Assembly: GCA_964016885.1 (NCBI GenBank)
Contig: OZ024741.1
Location: 281,790,001-281,854,000 of the forward strand
From: Eledone cirrhosa
Taxonomy: Eukaryota
Direction of reading: 5' to 3'
Length of the DNA: 64,000 nt
A program made the translations under genes and the position numbers. Below, piece after piece: positions 29,392 through 42,550 of the stretch (the first letter of the stretch is position 1; each line of letters begins with the position of its first letter). Under the pieces are notes generated by a model. The model ran no database searches. It had not been told where the DNA came from and saw only the letters and a program-made list of their open reading frames with translations.

Positions 29392-29711
29392 TTAACCCTT
29401 TCATTATGAAATGTCTGTTTAGAAATATAATTTTCTCAGTTTTAAATCTTTCACTACCACATTTCCAATAAAAAAAAAACTATATGATTTTTCAAAATAA
29501 TCGAGAATTTGAAGGTATTTAAATAAAATATACTAATTAGTATCACAGAACCAAGGGTAGTTTTGAGTGGTTTGGTTAAGCTGATGTTTGGAACAAACCT
29601 TCTTACACAAAATTATGGAAAGTTTTTAGATAAATATAAACACTTAAAAATAAATATTTTTGCATTATAGAACCAGGAGCAGTATCAGGCAGTTTAGTAT
29701 CAAATAGTTAA
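29392..29711. mobile_element. TTAA MITE family A (composite)
   Basis: ttaaccctttcatta...gtttagtatcaaatagttaa. Confidence 0.6.
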
Positions 29712-30282
29712 GAATATAAACATCTACTATAGAAACTTGCAGAAAGAAACTGGTAAAAATATATGGAAAAGATCAAGCTTTATTAACTCTTAATATTCTC
29801 CAATAATTTATCAGAAAATATCTAAAAACAGGTTTGTTAGTTCAAATGTTTATAGTATCTTTTCAAGTGGACAGATTGTGAAAATTTACAGTAAAGACAA
29901 ACATTTTTTTAATATAACAGTTATAATTTGGTACTTTTCAATAATCTCTTGATGTGGTTTCACGTGGTACAAAATGTTAAGAGTACATGTGCGCATGAAC
30001 GAACACACACAAATTACTTTTTTTTTTTCAGAGATTCTACAGAAAAATGAAAATAAAGAATAAGTAATGCTAATAAAGATATAACTATTATGATGCCATT
30101 TATCATAAACAAGATAAACAGGAGGAGGTTGGTGGATAATAGTTTACAAGTCACTTAGAAAACCAAGAGAATAATAACGAACATTTCGTAGGGAACATAA
30201 ATACATCAAAATTGATAAGTTTAGGTAAGATAGATGTTTTACAAAAAGAAAAAAAAATGTTTCTGCTGAATAATAGATACAG

Positions 30283-30425
30283 GTAGGGTTGTGTGGTTGA
30301 GGAGCTAGTTAAGCAGCCGTGTGATTCTAGGTTCAATCCTGCTGCATAACACCTTGGGCAAGTGTCTTCTTTTTAAAGCCACATTTTGTTCAATGTCTTG
30401 GGAGTCAAATTTGGTAGATAGAAAC
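30283..30425 (+). mobile_element. tRNA-derived SINE, second family
   Basis: ggttcaatcctgctgcataacaccttgggcaagtgtcttct. Confidence 0.65.
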
Positions 30426-31029
30426 GATAGAGAAAGAGAGAGAGTGTGTGCGTGCATGCATCACATTAAATCCTTCTTTGTACAAACAATGAAAATCACT
30501 GATGTAAAATTATTTCTACATAGTTTATGGTTAAGTTTATGGTTCACTTAGGATCCTATAAACAGTATAAATGTCTCCTGCATGGACAAAAAATGCAACT
30601 TGGCTACAATCAACAAGTGTTGAACTAAAATTTTTGCATATCTTTGGCATTCAAAAAGCACCAAACTGTGCAACCCATAAATATATTCCTATCTCCTCAT
30701 ATTTCCACCTGTGTGGCTTTTATGTCAAATTGAGGGCACAATTGACCTGAAGTAATTTCAACAACAAAAACTTTCCCTATAAATATGAAACACCCTAATG
30801 TGCATAAGTATGTGTGTGTTTATGATTCTGGTAACAGTTGATTCTAGCAAGCCTCTCCTTAAACAATCACTATTGGTATATCTGAATATTTCTGCAGATT
30901 TAAAAATGACATGATCAAAGACAGGAATGAATAGCTACTTAATATCAGTGATCGATATTGTGATTAAAATCATTAACTACACTATGCTGTGTGTATCCAG
31001 TTCAGAAGAGGAACACTATATCTCTATGT

Positions 31030-31210
31030 CATATCAGCTGCTCTGACTGGTTTGTGGTCGAGCCTGCGGCAATGGAGACTTCCAGTGTTCTTAGCCCCTA
31101 GACCACATCCTTACTCACTGCTATCTGAGTTGAGTTGGTGAAGGAGATACACTGGAACAGTGTATTTCCCTCGCCATCCTCCAAGGCAACGTCTTCTCCA
31201 TCCTGCATTG
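31030..31210 (+). mobile_element. CRE-like retrotransposon 3' fragment
   Basis: YQLLSDWFVVEPAAMETSSVLSP*TTSLLTAI*VEL ... ISLAILQGNVFSILH. Confidence 0.75.
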
Positions 31211-31510
31211 ATCAATTTGAAAACAGTTACAATGTTTTTTCCCTGAATCTTAGACATTTCAAATGACTAAAAGAGGTTGTTTCCAAACAGGGCATCCAGC
31301 TGTAAAACATTGCCTCAGAAAGAAACGTATAAGTATTTGGTCTATCATAGAACCTGCAGGGGGAAATGGGCTGAAAGTGCTTGTTATAAATGCTGATATT
31401 TTTTTTTTAAAAATCAATTGCAATAAACCCGACAGTTGTAGCCAATAGTTAAAATGATAAGAGTTTAAAGATAATTTATATACACATACACACAGTATTG
31501 AAATGGTTAA

Positions 31511-31746
31511 CTCTTTTGATTACCATATATCTAATGAAGTGCACTATATTTCAATTAATCAATAAAAACATTTAGAGGGTTTTGCTAAAATAATTATTAC
31601 ATTAAGATGGTTTTTGAGATATAACTTATAAGATTCTTATAGAAAATTATGATGGAAGATTTTAATTTAAATAGGAGCCCTTTAAAATGAATGATTTTGT
31701 TTCATAGGACCAGGGGTTGTTTGGGGGCAGGTTGGTATCAAAAGGG
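31511..31746. mobile_element. TTAA-flanked (piggyBac-like) MITE, family A, complete
   Basis: ttaa|CTCTTTTGATTACCA ... TGGTATCAAAAGGG|ttaa. Confidence 0.8.
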
Positions 31747-32459
31747 TTAATGAAGAACTAATTTTCCATGAGCCTAGAAACCAGATAATTAGTTTCAATG
31801 AATGCTTCAATTTTAATGCAAAATTTCTTCATTAATACCTGTATAAATTTAAAATGCAAACCAGGGTATATTTAATGGAGTTGTTAACAACTGCAATCCT
31901 TACCAGATAAGTCTGATCACTTTTCAAGTTTTCTTTGATTTACATCACAAAGTTCCCATTAAATCATGGTATTTATTAGCATAATAGTATTGATCTCCTT
32001 GCCACCATTCGGTAAAGTTTGAATTTTGAGCCTTAATAATACAAGATCTTTGCACTTATAAGCAGTCAAATTTATGTGAAAATTAAAAAAAAAATTCAAC
32101 AAATATAACATTCACACTTTCTTAATTAGAATTCTTACAAGTTCTATGTAAGAATATTTGTTATATTCCAAAAATCAACTTAAAAATGAGAAAGTTAGTT
32201 ATATTAGTAATTCCTTCCAAATTGCTGATTATTTTCAAAATTATTTGAAAAGCATAGGCAGTATCTTTCATTAAAAATATGATAATGAACAGACTAAAAA
32301 TAATGTTCATTGTGGGAATACTTTTGATTTACATATAGGTCTGCTAAATCAAGGTTAATCTGGGACTTAACAAGTTAACTGCCATCATTGCTCTCTATCC
32401 ATTAGTCTGTTCCACTTTCTTAAACTAATAGAATTAAAATTTATTCCAACCCAAGTAAA

Positions 32460-32680
32460 GGTGAGTGGCCTAGTGTTTAAGATGGGTTCAACTCCTGGAC
32501 TGGGCAGTGCATTGTGCCCATTTTGTTTCACATAGTTCCTAAAAGATATTAGTATCTGTGGTAGTTGGAGATCAACCCCTACAGTGAGGTGGCTTTTGGT
32601 CCAGAGCAGGAGGAGTCTTTTCATGATAGGACTGGAGGCCCTTGAGAAACTTCATATGAGGCACAAGCTTATACGAGGCC
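32460..32680 (+). mobile_element. Decayed tRNA-derived SINE, third family
   Basis: gtggcctagtgtttaag..gggttcaactcctggactgggcagtgcattgtg. Confidence 0.55.
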
Positions 32681-33014
32681 AGCTAAACCTACAAAGTAAG
32701 CATGAGCTGTAACAATGACCAACATTAGCTTCGTTATCTCATCATTATGATTTAATAGAGTATGATTTGTCATGCTTACCTGGATTACAGCTTCTAGTTC
32801 AAGAAAAATAAACTGTAATATTCTAAAGCCTCAAAGTATTTCATTCATCTTTTACTTTACACCATAATCAAGTTTAACATCAGACATGAAAACATTCAAA
32901 CAAGTAATTTGGTTAAGAACTGTTTATAAACAAATAGTAGTGAATATTTATTCTTGTCTGCTTATCAAAGCATGGTCTGTTTTCTTTAGTTATTATATTT
33001 AGATTATTATATAT

Positions 33015-33232
33015 AGTTTTTTCTACATTTGGCATAAGGCCAGTAATTTTGCAGGGAATGGGAATGTCGATTAAATTTACCCCAGTACATTACTGGTGCT
33101 TTATTTTATGGATCCAGTAAGGATGAAAGGCATAGCTTACCTTGGCAGGATCTGAACTCAGACCATAAAGCACCATAAGTATATGCCACAAAGCATGCCC
33201 AACACTACCGATACTGCCAATCCACTGCCCTT
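33015..33232 (-). mobile_element. SINE (short subfamily)
   Basis: Homologous to 1702-1882. Confidence 0.8.
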
Positions 33233-33729
33233 TATTATATAAACTTAAACTGTATCATAACATACATGACGTTTACTTTTCCATGTTTGCAGAGCTTTTC
33301 TCCACTTGTCACATTCCTCTGTCATCTCTTCTGTGTGGTTCAGTTCCCTGAGATCAGCTCTTGCCACTGCTGACCAGGTTTTCTTTAGTCTTCTACACCC
33401 TCCATCTAACAATCATTATCTGCAAAGATGTGTCATGTCATTGTCCCTATGGCTTCATCAAGAATTAAGAGTCCTTTACCTTTTATTTATCCTGTATAAC
33501 AAGTTGAGTTGAAAAGTGCAATGTCTAGAAACACAACACAAGTGAATGAACAATAAGATCCTCATCAACCTGATCACTTTATTTCATGTGTGATCCAATG
33601 AGGAAGGTTCTATACAGTCGACCATACTGCAAGAAATTACAGCCAAATTTGCCTCAAATTCTATCTTCCTATCTTAATATTGAATAAACCCACCAGATAT
33701 TGTATGGTACTGTAAATTTTGATTGAGTT

Positions 33730-34040
33730 GTAGGGGTATCATGTGGTATACAGAGTTTCTTGGGCGCATTAAGTCTGGCAAAGCCCATTCCTCTCCAGGC
33801 TTGAATACTGTAGATTTCTTCCTCTCTCTTACTTTCTATCCTTCTCTGGAAGTAAGAGAGAGGAAGTAAGAAAGAGATATAGAGGAAGAATCAACCCCAG
33901 TACTAGACTGGTACTTTTTTTTTTTTTTTTTATCGACCTCGAAGTTGAGCTCGGCAGGATTTAAACTCAGAGAGCAGAGAACTCAAACAAATATCACAAA
34001 GCATTCTATCTGATATTCTAATGACTGCCAATTTTGCTGT
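33730..34040 (-). mobile_element. SINE with long 3' extension
   Basis: ctcggcaggatttaaactcagagagcagag; gcccattcctctccaggc. Confidence 0.75.
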
Positions 34041-34529
34041 CTTAAATCTACCAGATAAAGCAATCTCACATATAATATGCCAGAAAGACAGGATATTCAA
34101 TGTTTCAATGCTGGTCAAACAATGCTTTTTTTTTTTTTTTTTTTTTTTTTTCAACAAACAGATCTATTTTTTCCAATGTAATAAATATAATGAATTTGTA
34201 GATTGCACCTTGTTTAAGTACTGACAGAATAATAATTAGTAATCATTGCAATATATTAACTCTTAATAACCTATAATGATTTAGTAGAAAATATATTAAA
34301 ATGGCTTAATATATAGGTTGAACACCAAAAACAAAACAGACAAGATTTAGTGGTTTATTTTTGTTTTCATTGTTCAACCTATATATCTGACTAGCGTTCT
34401 TTGAATACTCCACAACATACAAGATATCCTTTTTCCACAAAAACAAATTTCACCTTGCTTCGATGCGATATTCATATCCACACTACACTGAGTTCTAAAA
34501 GTGTTATAAGTCCCACCTTAATTATGTAG

Positions 34530-34845
34530 AATATTGTCTCGTAACTCGTGTGGAAGTTGTAGGGGCACCATAATGATATCTGGCATTTTAAAACCTGACA
34601 AAGCCCATCTCCTCTCCATGTCTGAATATAGCAGACTTCTTCCAGACAAGGATAGAGAATGAAAGTGAGAAAGAAATACAGAGGAAGAATCGACCCAGTA
34701 CTTGACTGGTATGTTTTTTTTATCAACTTGGAATGGATGAAAGGTAAAGTTAACCTCGGTATGATTTGAACTCGAGAGCAGAGAGCCAGAACAAATGCCA
34801 TAAAGCATTCTTTCCGATGTTCTTACAACTGTCAATTTGTTGAAT
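34530..34845 (-). mobile_element. SINE with long 3' extension
   Basis: ggatgaaaggtaaagttaacctcgg..atttgaactc; gcccatctcctctcca. Confidence 0.8.
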
Positions 34846-34939
34846 ATGAGATTATTAGTAAAAATAGGTTAATGTTTACTGTAAGTTTACTATGAAAATC
34901 TGTAATAAATAAAAGACTTTAGTAGTTAATGTGATAGGG

Positions 34940-35155
34940 TGTTAGATTAGTAGAATTAGTAGAACATTGGGTAAATATCCTTGTGGTAGCTCTTCTGACT
35001 CTTTAGTTGGAGTTCAATTCCCACAGAAGCCAACTTTGCCTGTCAGCCTTTCGGAATAGATAAAATAGAGTACCAGTCAAAGTACTGAGGTTGATTTAAC
35101 TAATTTCCCCCTTCCATCAAATTTGCTGGCCTTGTGCATAAACTAGAAATCAATA
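34940..35155 (+). mobile_element. SINE (Deu/Nin-like core)
   Basis: gagttcaattccc..caactttgcctgtcagcctttcgg..gtaccag. Confidence 0.75.
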
Positions 35156-35924
35156 CTTAATGTGACATACTCGCAAGTCTCAAATAATGCCCTCCCCTCT
35201 ATTATTTAAGACCTGAGAGTAGTCAGTACTGCTTTGTACTTTTCAAGAATGTTTTGTTAATGTGGTTTCATGCAGTACAGGATGTTAAGAGTTAAGATAT
35301 GTTCTATCTGTAATGTTTGACTTTGTAGTATTTCTGACTGAGAAAGCATTTGAAGTAACTTTTCTAAATGTTAAGCAGATGTCATAAAAGTTGAAAGCAA
35401 GTTAACAGTTACATATACTTAAGAGAACAACTAGCAGTAGATTAATGAAAGAAATTGGACTGGTGTACAAAAAGAGCATATGGTGAATTATCATTGAAGT
35501 TGAAATCATCCAGCTAGCTCTTTTACTGTTGATTATAAACACTGATGTCATGGCAAAAAGGAGGTGGAGTGGAAAAAAATGAGTTACTTTCCCTCCACAT
35601 TACCCTCCTCACCATAACATTGGCAATAATCCAGAAAACTGTCTTACAATGTATCAAAACATGGGTTTCAAAGAAATCATAGCCGTTAAATATATCTCTA
35701 ATATCTAATAATCATTACCGAGATAATATTAATAGAAATATCAGACTTATCAAACGTATAAAACTCCTGATAATTATATGGCCTTGTATATACATATTTA
35801 CAGCCCTAACCTCAAACCCAATGTAGCATTTAAATAGTACTTAATTCTCCATTAAGTACTGCTGTACAATAAAACTCATTTTTATACAATGATCACATTT
35901 ATTGGTAGTATTACAAGACCATGA

Positions 35925-36365
35925 AGGCACATGGCTTAGTGGTTAAGGTGTTTGACTCGCTACTGTAAGGTCATGAGTGTAATTCTCAGCAGCAGGTGGT
36001 GTCTTTGAGCAAGACACTTTAGTTCAGAGGTTCTCAAAGTGTAGGTTCTCAATGTGTGTGTAGGCAGGTCTCTCTGAAAATAGGGTTGGGGGCGTTGAGG
36101 GTAATACGTGGCCGTGGTGGGGGAAGTGACCCAAAATTTTCGAGAACCTCTGCTTTAGTTTATACTGCTTTCTTCCAGTCACTCTCCTGATAAAAATGAG
36201 TTATATCTGTAAATGAAAGAGCCAGCTTTGTCATACACTGTATCACACCGAATCTCCCCAAGAACTATGTTAAATGGTACATGTGTCTGGAATGCTCAGC
36301 CATTTGCCAGTTAATTTCACAAACAAGCTTTCCCATTGATTGTATCAACTGGAACACACATTTTT
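35925..36365 (+). mobile_element. tRNA-derived SINE, third family, interrupted by a hAT MITE
   Basis: A-box tggcttagtggttaagg; gtctttgagcaagacactt. Homologous to 39340-39525 (-) and 44690-44900 (+). Confidence 0.75.
36025..36152. mobile_element. hAT MITE (internally deleted relative of 10570-10863)
   Basis: TIR CAGAGGTTCTC...GAGAACCTCTG. Perfect 8-bp TSD ctttagtt. Confidence 0.92.
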
Positions 36366-36559
36366 TGGAAACCATATTTTTGAATGACCAGCAACTATTA
36401 AGAAAAACATTGAAATTTTAGAGGAAAAAATTAACATTGAGCACATTAACTTTTTTAAAAACAAATACAGGCATTTATTTAACAGATATAGAATGTTGTT
36501 CAATAAAATGTATTGAAAAAGAAAGAAGCATTAGAAAGGACTATAAATGCCATAAATGA

Positions 36560-36755
36560 GAGGGAAAGGGGGGAAAGATCAAGGACTATTAGACAAAGGA
36601 AGAAAGAAGGGGAGAGGGTGACAGACTCTACACCTAGGCCAGAACAGTGTTTCGGCTGCACCCCACAGACAAAATTGTAAAAGCATTTCTGCAGACAATG
36701 GCCAGCAAAATCTGCTGCAACAGCCACCCTGCCCCGTGGGGCTCCTTCCTCAGAC
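36560..36755 (-). mobile_element. CRE-like retrotransposon 3' fragment
   Basis: ggctgcaccccacagacaaaattgtaaaagcat...gtggggctccttcctcag matches 17270-17325. Confidence 0.65.
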
Positions 36756-36984
36756 AGGCTGCTGTTGTTCAGATTTTACAGAGGAGCTTAGCTGTACACA
36801 TTAACTGAACATAAGTTTGTCTTTTCAACTATTATATATATATCAAAGAAGAGTTACAACCAAAATACATTAATAAATAGTTTGTGCAGAACTATTTATT
36901 CATCAAGTTTTCATTCTCTTAGTTATGTAGCCAATATTTAGTTAATTACCAAAGAATTTAAAGAGATAACTGATAGATGTATCA

Positions 36985-37385
36985 AGATCATAAATATTTT
37001 ACATATAAATCTATACCAAATTTATCATAAATAGTCATAGATATTTTATATATCATAAATCTATACCAAATTTATCAGTCATAAATATTTATGACTATCA
37101 TAAATCTATACCAAATTTATCAGTCATAAATATTTTATACATCACAAATCTATACCAAATTCATCATACATAGTCATAAATATCTTATACATCATAAATC
37201 TATATCAAATTCATCATACATAGTAATAAAATATTTTATATATCAAATCTATACCAAATTTATCATACAGTTATAAATATTTTATATATGATATATCAAT
37301 ACCAAATTTATAATATAAGGTCATAAATATTTTACATATAAATCTATGCCAAATTTATCATACATAGTTATAAATATTTCATCTA
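36985..37385. repeat. AT-rich minisatellite, ~45-52 bp unit (cataaatattttatacatcataaatctataccaaatttatcatacatagt)
   Basis: About 8 degenerate copies. Confidence 0.9.
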
Positions 37386-37559
37386 TATAACAACAATTGA
37401 ATTTTCTCTCATCTCTTTCTCTCTGCCTCCTTCCTTACCTCTTCTTTATCATTCATCCTATTAACTCTTGATATCAAACTACCTGAAATCCCCCCTGGTT
37501 CTATGAAACAAAGCTATTTGTTTTACTACTACTACTACTACTACTACTAGATCCATCCA

Positions 37560-38330
37560 CTTCTTTGTAGTGACATGATAAAACCTTTCCATCTCATATG
37601 ATCCAAGATTAACTGCCTCAGTTCTTCACTGAACAATTTTCTATCCTCCTCAATGACTCCCTTTAATGTCTTGAAATGCCTTCTGTTTGCACTTCACATT
37701 AATAGTCTCCAATAGTGAAAGTTTTGTAGCAGGTTCATTGCCTAACATAACATGACCTGCAAGTTGAAGACACCTGATATGGATGGTATGGCTAAATGGC
37801 AGGTGATAGTCAGAGAATTTTGTTTGGTGGAAAGGTTTGATATTTTTTATCTTAGCATTCAGATGTAACAACCATTTAAAGCTTTGGTGATAGGTATTGT
37901 CACCAACCGTGATCTACAGGTATACAGTAAGATTAATTCCACTGAGCTTTAAATAACCTAACTTTTGTTTTTGTGGTTATGTTAGATTTCCACACCTTAT
38001 CTAGTGAGTTCACAGCAGACCATGCTTGAGCTAACCTGTTTATATCATTTGACAAGTTGTTTTATGCACCAAGGAAATCGTCTACTTTTTCAAAAACAGT
38101 ATTGCTTAATGATTGGTGTTTGTATCTTCATCTGAGTTAGTGCTCATGTATTTGGTTTTGCTGGCATTTAGGAAGAGTCTCATACTTTGAGAAACTTCAA
38201 GCTTATGTAAGAGATCCTCTGCATTACTCAGTGAATCGGCACATAAGACAATGTCATCAGCAAATTCCATATCTGCTAGGTGTTGTGACGGATGCCTTGT
38301 GCTTCTACACTTTTGAAGGGTAAAACCATC
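37560..38330 (-). mobile_element. Decayed non-LTR RT fragment (RTE/RTEX-like)
   Basis: Minus strand reads GFTLQKCRSTRHPSQHLADMEFADDIVLCADS..LFLNASKTKYM, then LQLAGHVM further 3'. Confidence 0.75.
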
Positions 38331-38771
38331 AAAACACCAACCACTTTACAGTGTGTGCTGGTTGCCTTTTATCATTGTAGCAGTACTAGTGAGGTTATCC
38401 TGCCCTTGACAAAACTAAAAAGGCCTCTCTACCCTTCATTGTTTCCTATCTGATTTTCAAACCTTTTACAATGTGTGCTGGGCTCATTTATCATGGTGCC
38501 CACAGTAGAGAGGTTGCAATGCCCTTACATGTCAAAATAATCATCTCTACATTTTGCCTCCCTTCTTTTAAGACAAAAGAGCCGAAAAGTATAACATTAC
38601 TTTCTGACAACGTAGAGTGAGGAGGTCTATTGTGGCATGCAAGGGCAAGGTAACATCTCTAGTAAACCTCTCTTATAGAATTATATTTTTTCAATACTTG
38701 TATAAAATATATGAATTATAGATATGACAAATATCCATAGAATGACAAATATAAAATATGAAGAAGTTCTT

Positions 38772-38992
38772 TAACCCTTTCTTTATACCATATTTCTAAT
38801 GAAAAACATTGCTTCTGACTTTCAAATAATGTTGAAACAAATGACTAATTTTTATTATTTCATTGGTTTTAGGAACAATTTAACAAAGGTTCCTACATAA
38901 AATTATGGAAGGTTTTCAGATAAATATAAACACTTTAAAATAAACAGTTTAGCATCATAGAAGCAGGTTTAGTCTGGTATGAAAAGAGTTAA
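38772..38992. mobile_element. TTAA MITE family A
   Basis: ttaaccctttctttatacc...tggtatgaaaagagttaa. Confidence 0.7.
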
Positions 38993-39339
38993 ATGCACAA
39001 CTGGATGAGTCAACAGGATGTCACAATTTTGAACAATGGTTTCATTCTAGTCACAAGCACTACGCTGTCTCAATGGTAACCATAACTATCAATAGTTTAA
39101 TTCACCAAAACTATAAATAGATGATCATTAAATAGCTTCATTCCAGTGGTCTTCATTGAGACTAACGAAGCTAATGAATACGAACAATTTATGATTTATT
39201 TCATTCAAAACACGCCATGATTTAATCTGGTTTAAGAGTCTTGTATCATCATCATCATTTTTTTCTTTTTTAACAATTGACAAGATCCAAAACCTCATTC
39301 ACTTACCGAGTGGGATGGAACTTGTCAAATTGGACCAAA

Positions 39340-39980
39340 AAACAATGTTCCATTAGTCTTTCCATTGTTGATATTATCTACTGGCTGCAACTCTTGGCAG
39401 AAAGAACAACATGAAATAAAGTGTCTTGCTCAAGGACATAACGCATCACCCAGTCCAGAAATTGAACTCACAACCTCACAATTGCAAATCCAATTCCCTA
39501 TCCGCTAACCCATGTGTCTTCACTTCATTTATATCCACTTTTCCATGCTGGCATAGGTTGGATGAGTCAACACAAACCAAGTTAGTATGTAACCAGGGCT
39601 ACTGACTTCTCAGATAGGTCAGGGACCCACATCTTGCTTACATATGCTCCACTACTTTACTGAATGTATTGGGTACATTTTATCATAGCACCAGTACTTA
39701 GGATGTTGCTGGGCCCTTGAAAAACTGAAAGGTCTCCTCAACTCTTTACTTAGCAAATTTTCCAATACTAACCACTTTACAGAGTATACCAGGTGCATTT
39801 TATCATAGCGCCAGCACTAGAGATGCTAGGGTCCTTGACAAGACTAAAGCCTCCTCTCTACCCTATATTGTTCCCGATCATCAACCTCTATAGAGTGTAC
39901 GAGATGTACTTTATTGTGACAACACTAGAGAAGTTAACTTGTCCACTATAAGACAAACAGGACCTCTCCTCTAACTATAT
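39340..39980 (-). mobile_element. SINE (39340-39525) abutting an RTE 3' end with ~120-bp UTR triplication
   Basis: aaagtgtcttgctcaaggac SINE motif; tccacttttccatgctggcataggttgg tail; three copies of actttacagagt..tttatcatagc..ccttgac. Confidence 0.65.
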
Positions 39981-40005
39981 CGTCAATCATCAACAGCAAT
40001 TTCCT

Positions 40006-40232
40006 TTAACTCTTAACATCCTGTAATGATTTAGTAAAAAAAGGTTTTAAAATGGGTTTGTTAATTCATATGTTTATAGCATCTTTACTATTGGACAGAT
40101 TGTTGTGGAAAATTGCAGTATTACAAGTAAAGACTTTAATTTTTCATGCGATGCAGTCATATTGTTGTTTTGTACTTTTCAAGAATGTTTTGCTAATATG
40201 GTTTCATATGGCACAAAGCATCAAGAATAAGG
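40006..40232. mobile_element. TTAA-flanked MITE, family B (TIR CTCTTAACATCCTGTA)
   Basis: Related copies at 29785-29985, 35220-35295, 41465-41792, 51700-51947 and 56800-57000. Confidence 0.7.
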
Positions 40233-41464
40233 TTCAATAATATCTATTTGGGCTGTTCAAATTACTAATACAGTACCTTAGTCAGTCTCAAATTATGGAG
40301 AGTTCTCCAGCAATTTCATATTTCTAAATTTTAGAGGAATCTTTTTGGGGGTATTCAGAAATAAAGCACCCCACCTAGTTGGGACTGATAATCCCATTAC
40401 TTTTCTCTAATAACGCAGACCTCCACCTCACTTTTTAACACCTTAATATCTCTATACGCTGATGAACACCTTCATGCACAATTCAACCTCACACACACAC
40501 TACTCATCTACCTTATAAATGCACACAAATATTTAATCCCACTACCCTCAAATATTTATGTGGTCGCTCAACCTACCATTACATACTACCATCTTAACTG
40601 CACAGTAATATTCTACAGCCAATGCTATTCCAGTTAACACATGTGCATACACACACACATGCTTACACACAAACATACCAAGCCAACATGCACTTCTACA
40701 CCTATTCTTAAACATATTTATGCTCTTCTGTTCCTGCTTCTATTTCCTGCTTATATGTCTAACCCATGCTAGCGTGGAAGATGGACGTTAAACGAAGATG
40801 ATGATGACTCCTTTTTTTTAACTGTAAAACACCAGTTTACAGATTTCCGCTCTACCCACTTCCATTAACCATGCTATCTTAACTTTATACAACACCACTT
40901 TTCACACATTTTTTTTTTTAATTTTATTTTCTCTTTTTTTCTGTTTTTAAGGAAAGACCACCCTCCAAAACATTATGCAGTGAGGACGAAACAGAAAAGA
41001 ATTCAATTATATACTTTGTACTTTTCTTCATTGTTTTGTAGTTATTGTTATCTTTTTTTTCTCTTGAGACTCTTTGGGTATCCTATTACTCTACTGATGT
41101 AGACCACCATGATTACAATTGGATTTATATTATTATAGCTGTATAGCACGTGCCAACTTTTACAACGTTGACATATCAAATCTCAAATAACAATTCATCA
41201 CCATGCTAACCAGTTACCGAAGCTAGTTTCCGATAGTCAGATAATTAGTAATCAATAGCTTCTATTTAACAGAGTAATATATATTTTCAAAACCAGAATG
41301 GGTCACAGAATACTATATACTAATTGAAACATAATATTACCAAAATGTAAATAACTTTACACACACACACACAGAGATAACGTCCCTACCTGTAACTGAG
41401 ATACAATACCATCAGATGATAACTGAAGTTTTATAGAGCTATTTTGAAGGAAGTATAATAGCTT

Positions 41465-41792
41465 TAACTTTTAACATCCTGTACCATAGGAAACTGTATT
41501 TGCAAGACATTCTTGATAAGTACCAAATAGCACTGGACTGGGACTGAACATGAAAAAGTAAAGTCTAATACTGCAAGTTTTCACAACAATCTGTTCACTA
41601 CTAAAGATACTATAAACATCTGAATTAACAAATTACTTTTAGATATTTTCTACTAAATCATTATATGATGTTTTACTCCAATACTGAAAATTTTCAGGAT
41701 GATCTGTTCATAAGTAAAGATACTATAAACATTTGAATTAAACTCATCTTAAAGATATTTTCTGCTAAATATTACAGGATGTTAAGAGATAA
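41465..41792. mobile_element. TTAA MITE family B with internal duplication
   Basis: ttaacttttaacatcctgta...tacaggatgttaagaga; the taaagatactataaacat block occurs twice. Confidence 0.7.
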
Positions 41793-42337
41793 ACAGTTCC
41801 CATCTGATTATTATTCTCTTTATGAGTGTATTTTCTATTTCTGAATACCCAAATATAAAATAACATCAGAAAGCAGACAACATAAAAGATCAAGAACAAA
41901 TAAATAAATAAAACCACCTTCTTAGCTAATGTGAAAAATGAGTTTCCAAAATGGTTCTCATTTAAAGAATCTGTATCTAATAAAGGGTTGTTTTTATATC
42001 TTTTGTTTTATTGAGATTCAGTTATGGTTGGTTTGTTGTTTTGTTAACAACTTTCAATGAAGAATCTTCACCATTCCGACACATTGGGTGGTTTATAACT
42101 GGCTTAGACAAAACAAAGAACTCAAAGAAACATTACTAGAATAATATTTCCAAACATTAAATACATTTCTTGGTAGATTGTAAAAATAAGTTTACAACCA
42201 TACAAAAGATATTACTACAAATATAGATGATAGCATCTGTCAATACGATACACCACGTGTTACTTTAGCTGAGACAGTGACAGAATATTTATGTGGTCGC
42301 TCAACCTGCTAAATCTCAAATTACATACTACCATCTT

Positions 42338-42550
42338 AACCATTTTGATACAAAACCACATGAAACTGCTTCTGGTTCTATGATACAAAACTGTTTTAGA
42401 GTGTTTATGATCATCTAAAAACCTATCATAGTTTTATGTAAGAACTTTTGTCAAGTTATGTCCCAAACATCAGCTTAATGATTATTTTGAACAATATTTG
42501 AAAATCATAAGCAATGTGTTTCATTAAAAATATGGTAACAAAATGTTTAA
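42338..42550. mobile_element. TTAA MITE family A
   Basis: ttaaccattttgatac...atatggtaacaaaatgtttaa. Confidence 0.6.

Noticed and set aside
40455-41000. Hammerhead ribozyme (ctgatga at 40459; gaggacgaaac at 40982)
   Set aside because: The core motifs are ~500 bp apart and no flanking stems could be paired.
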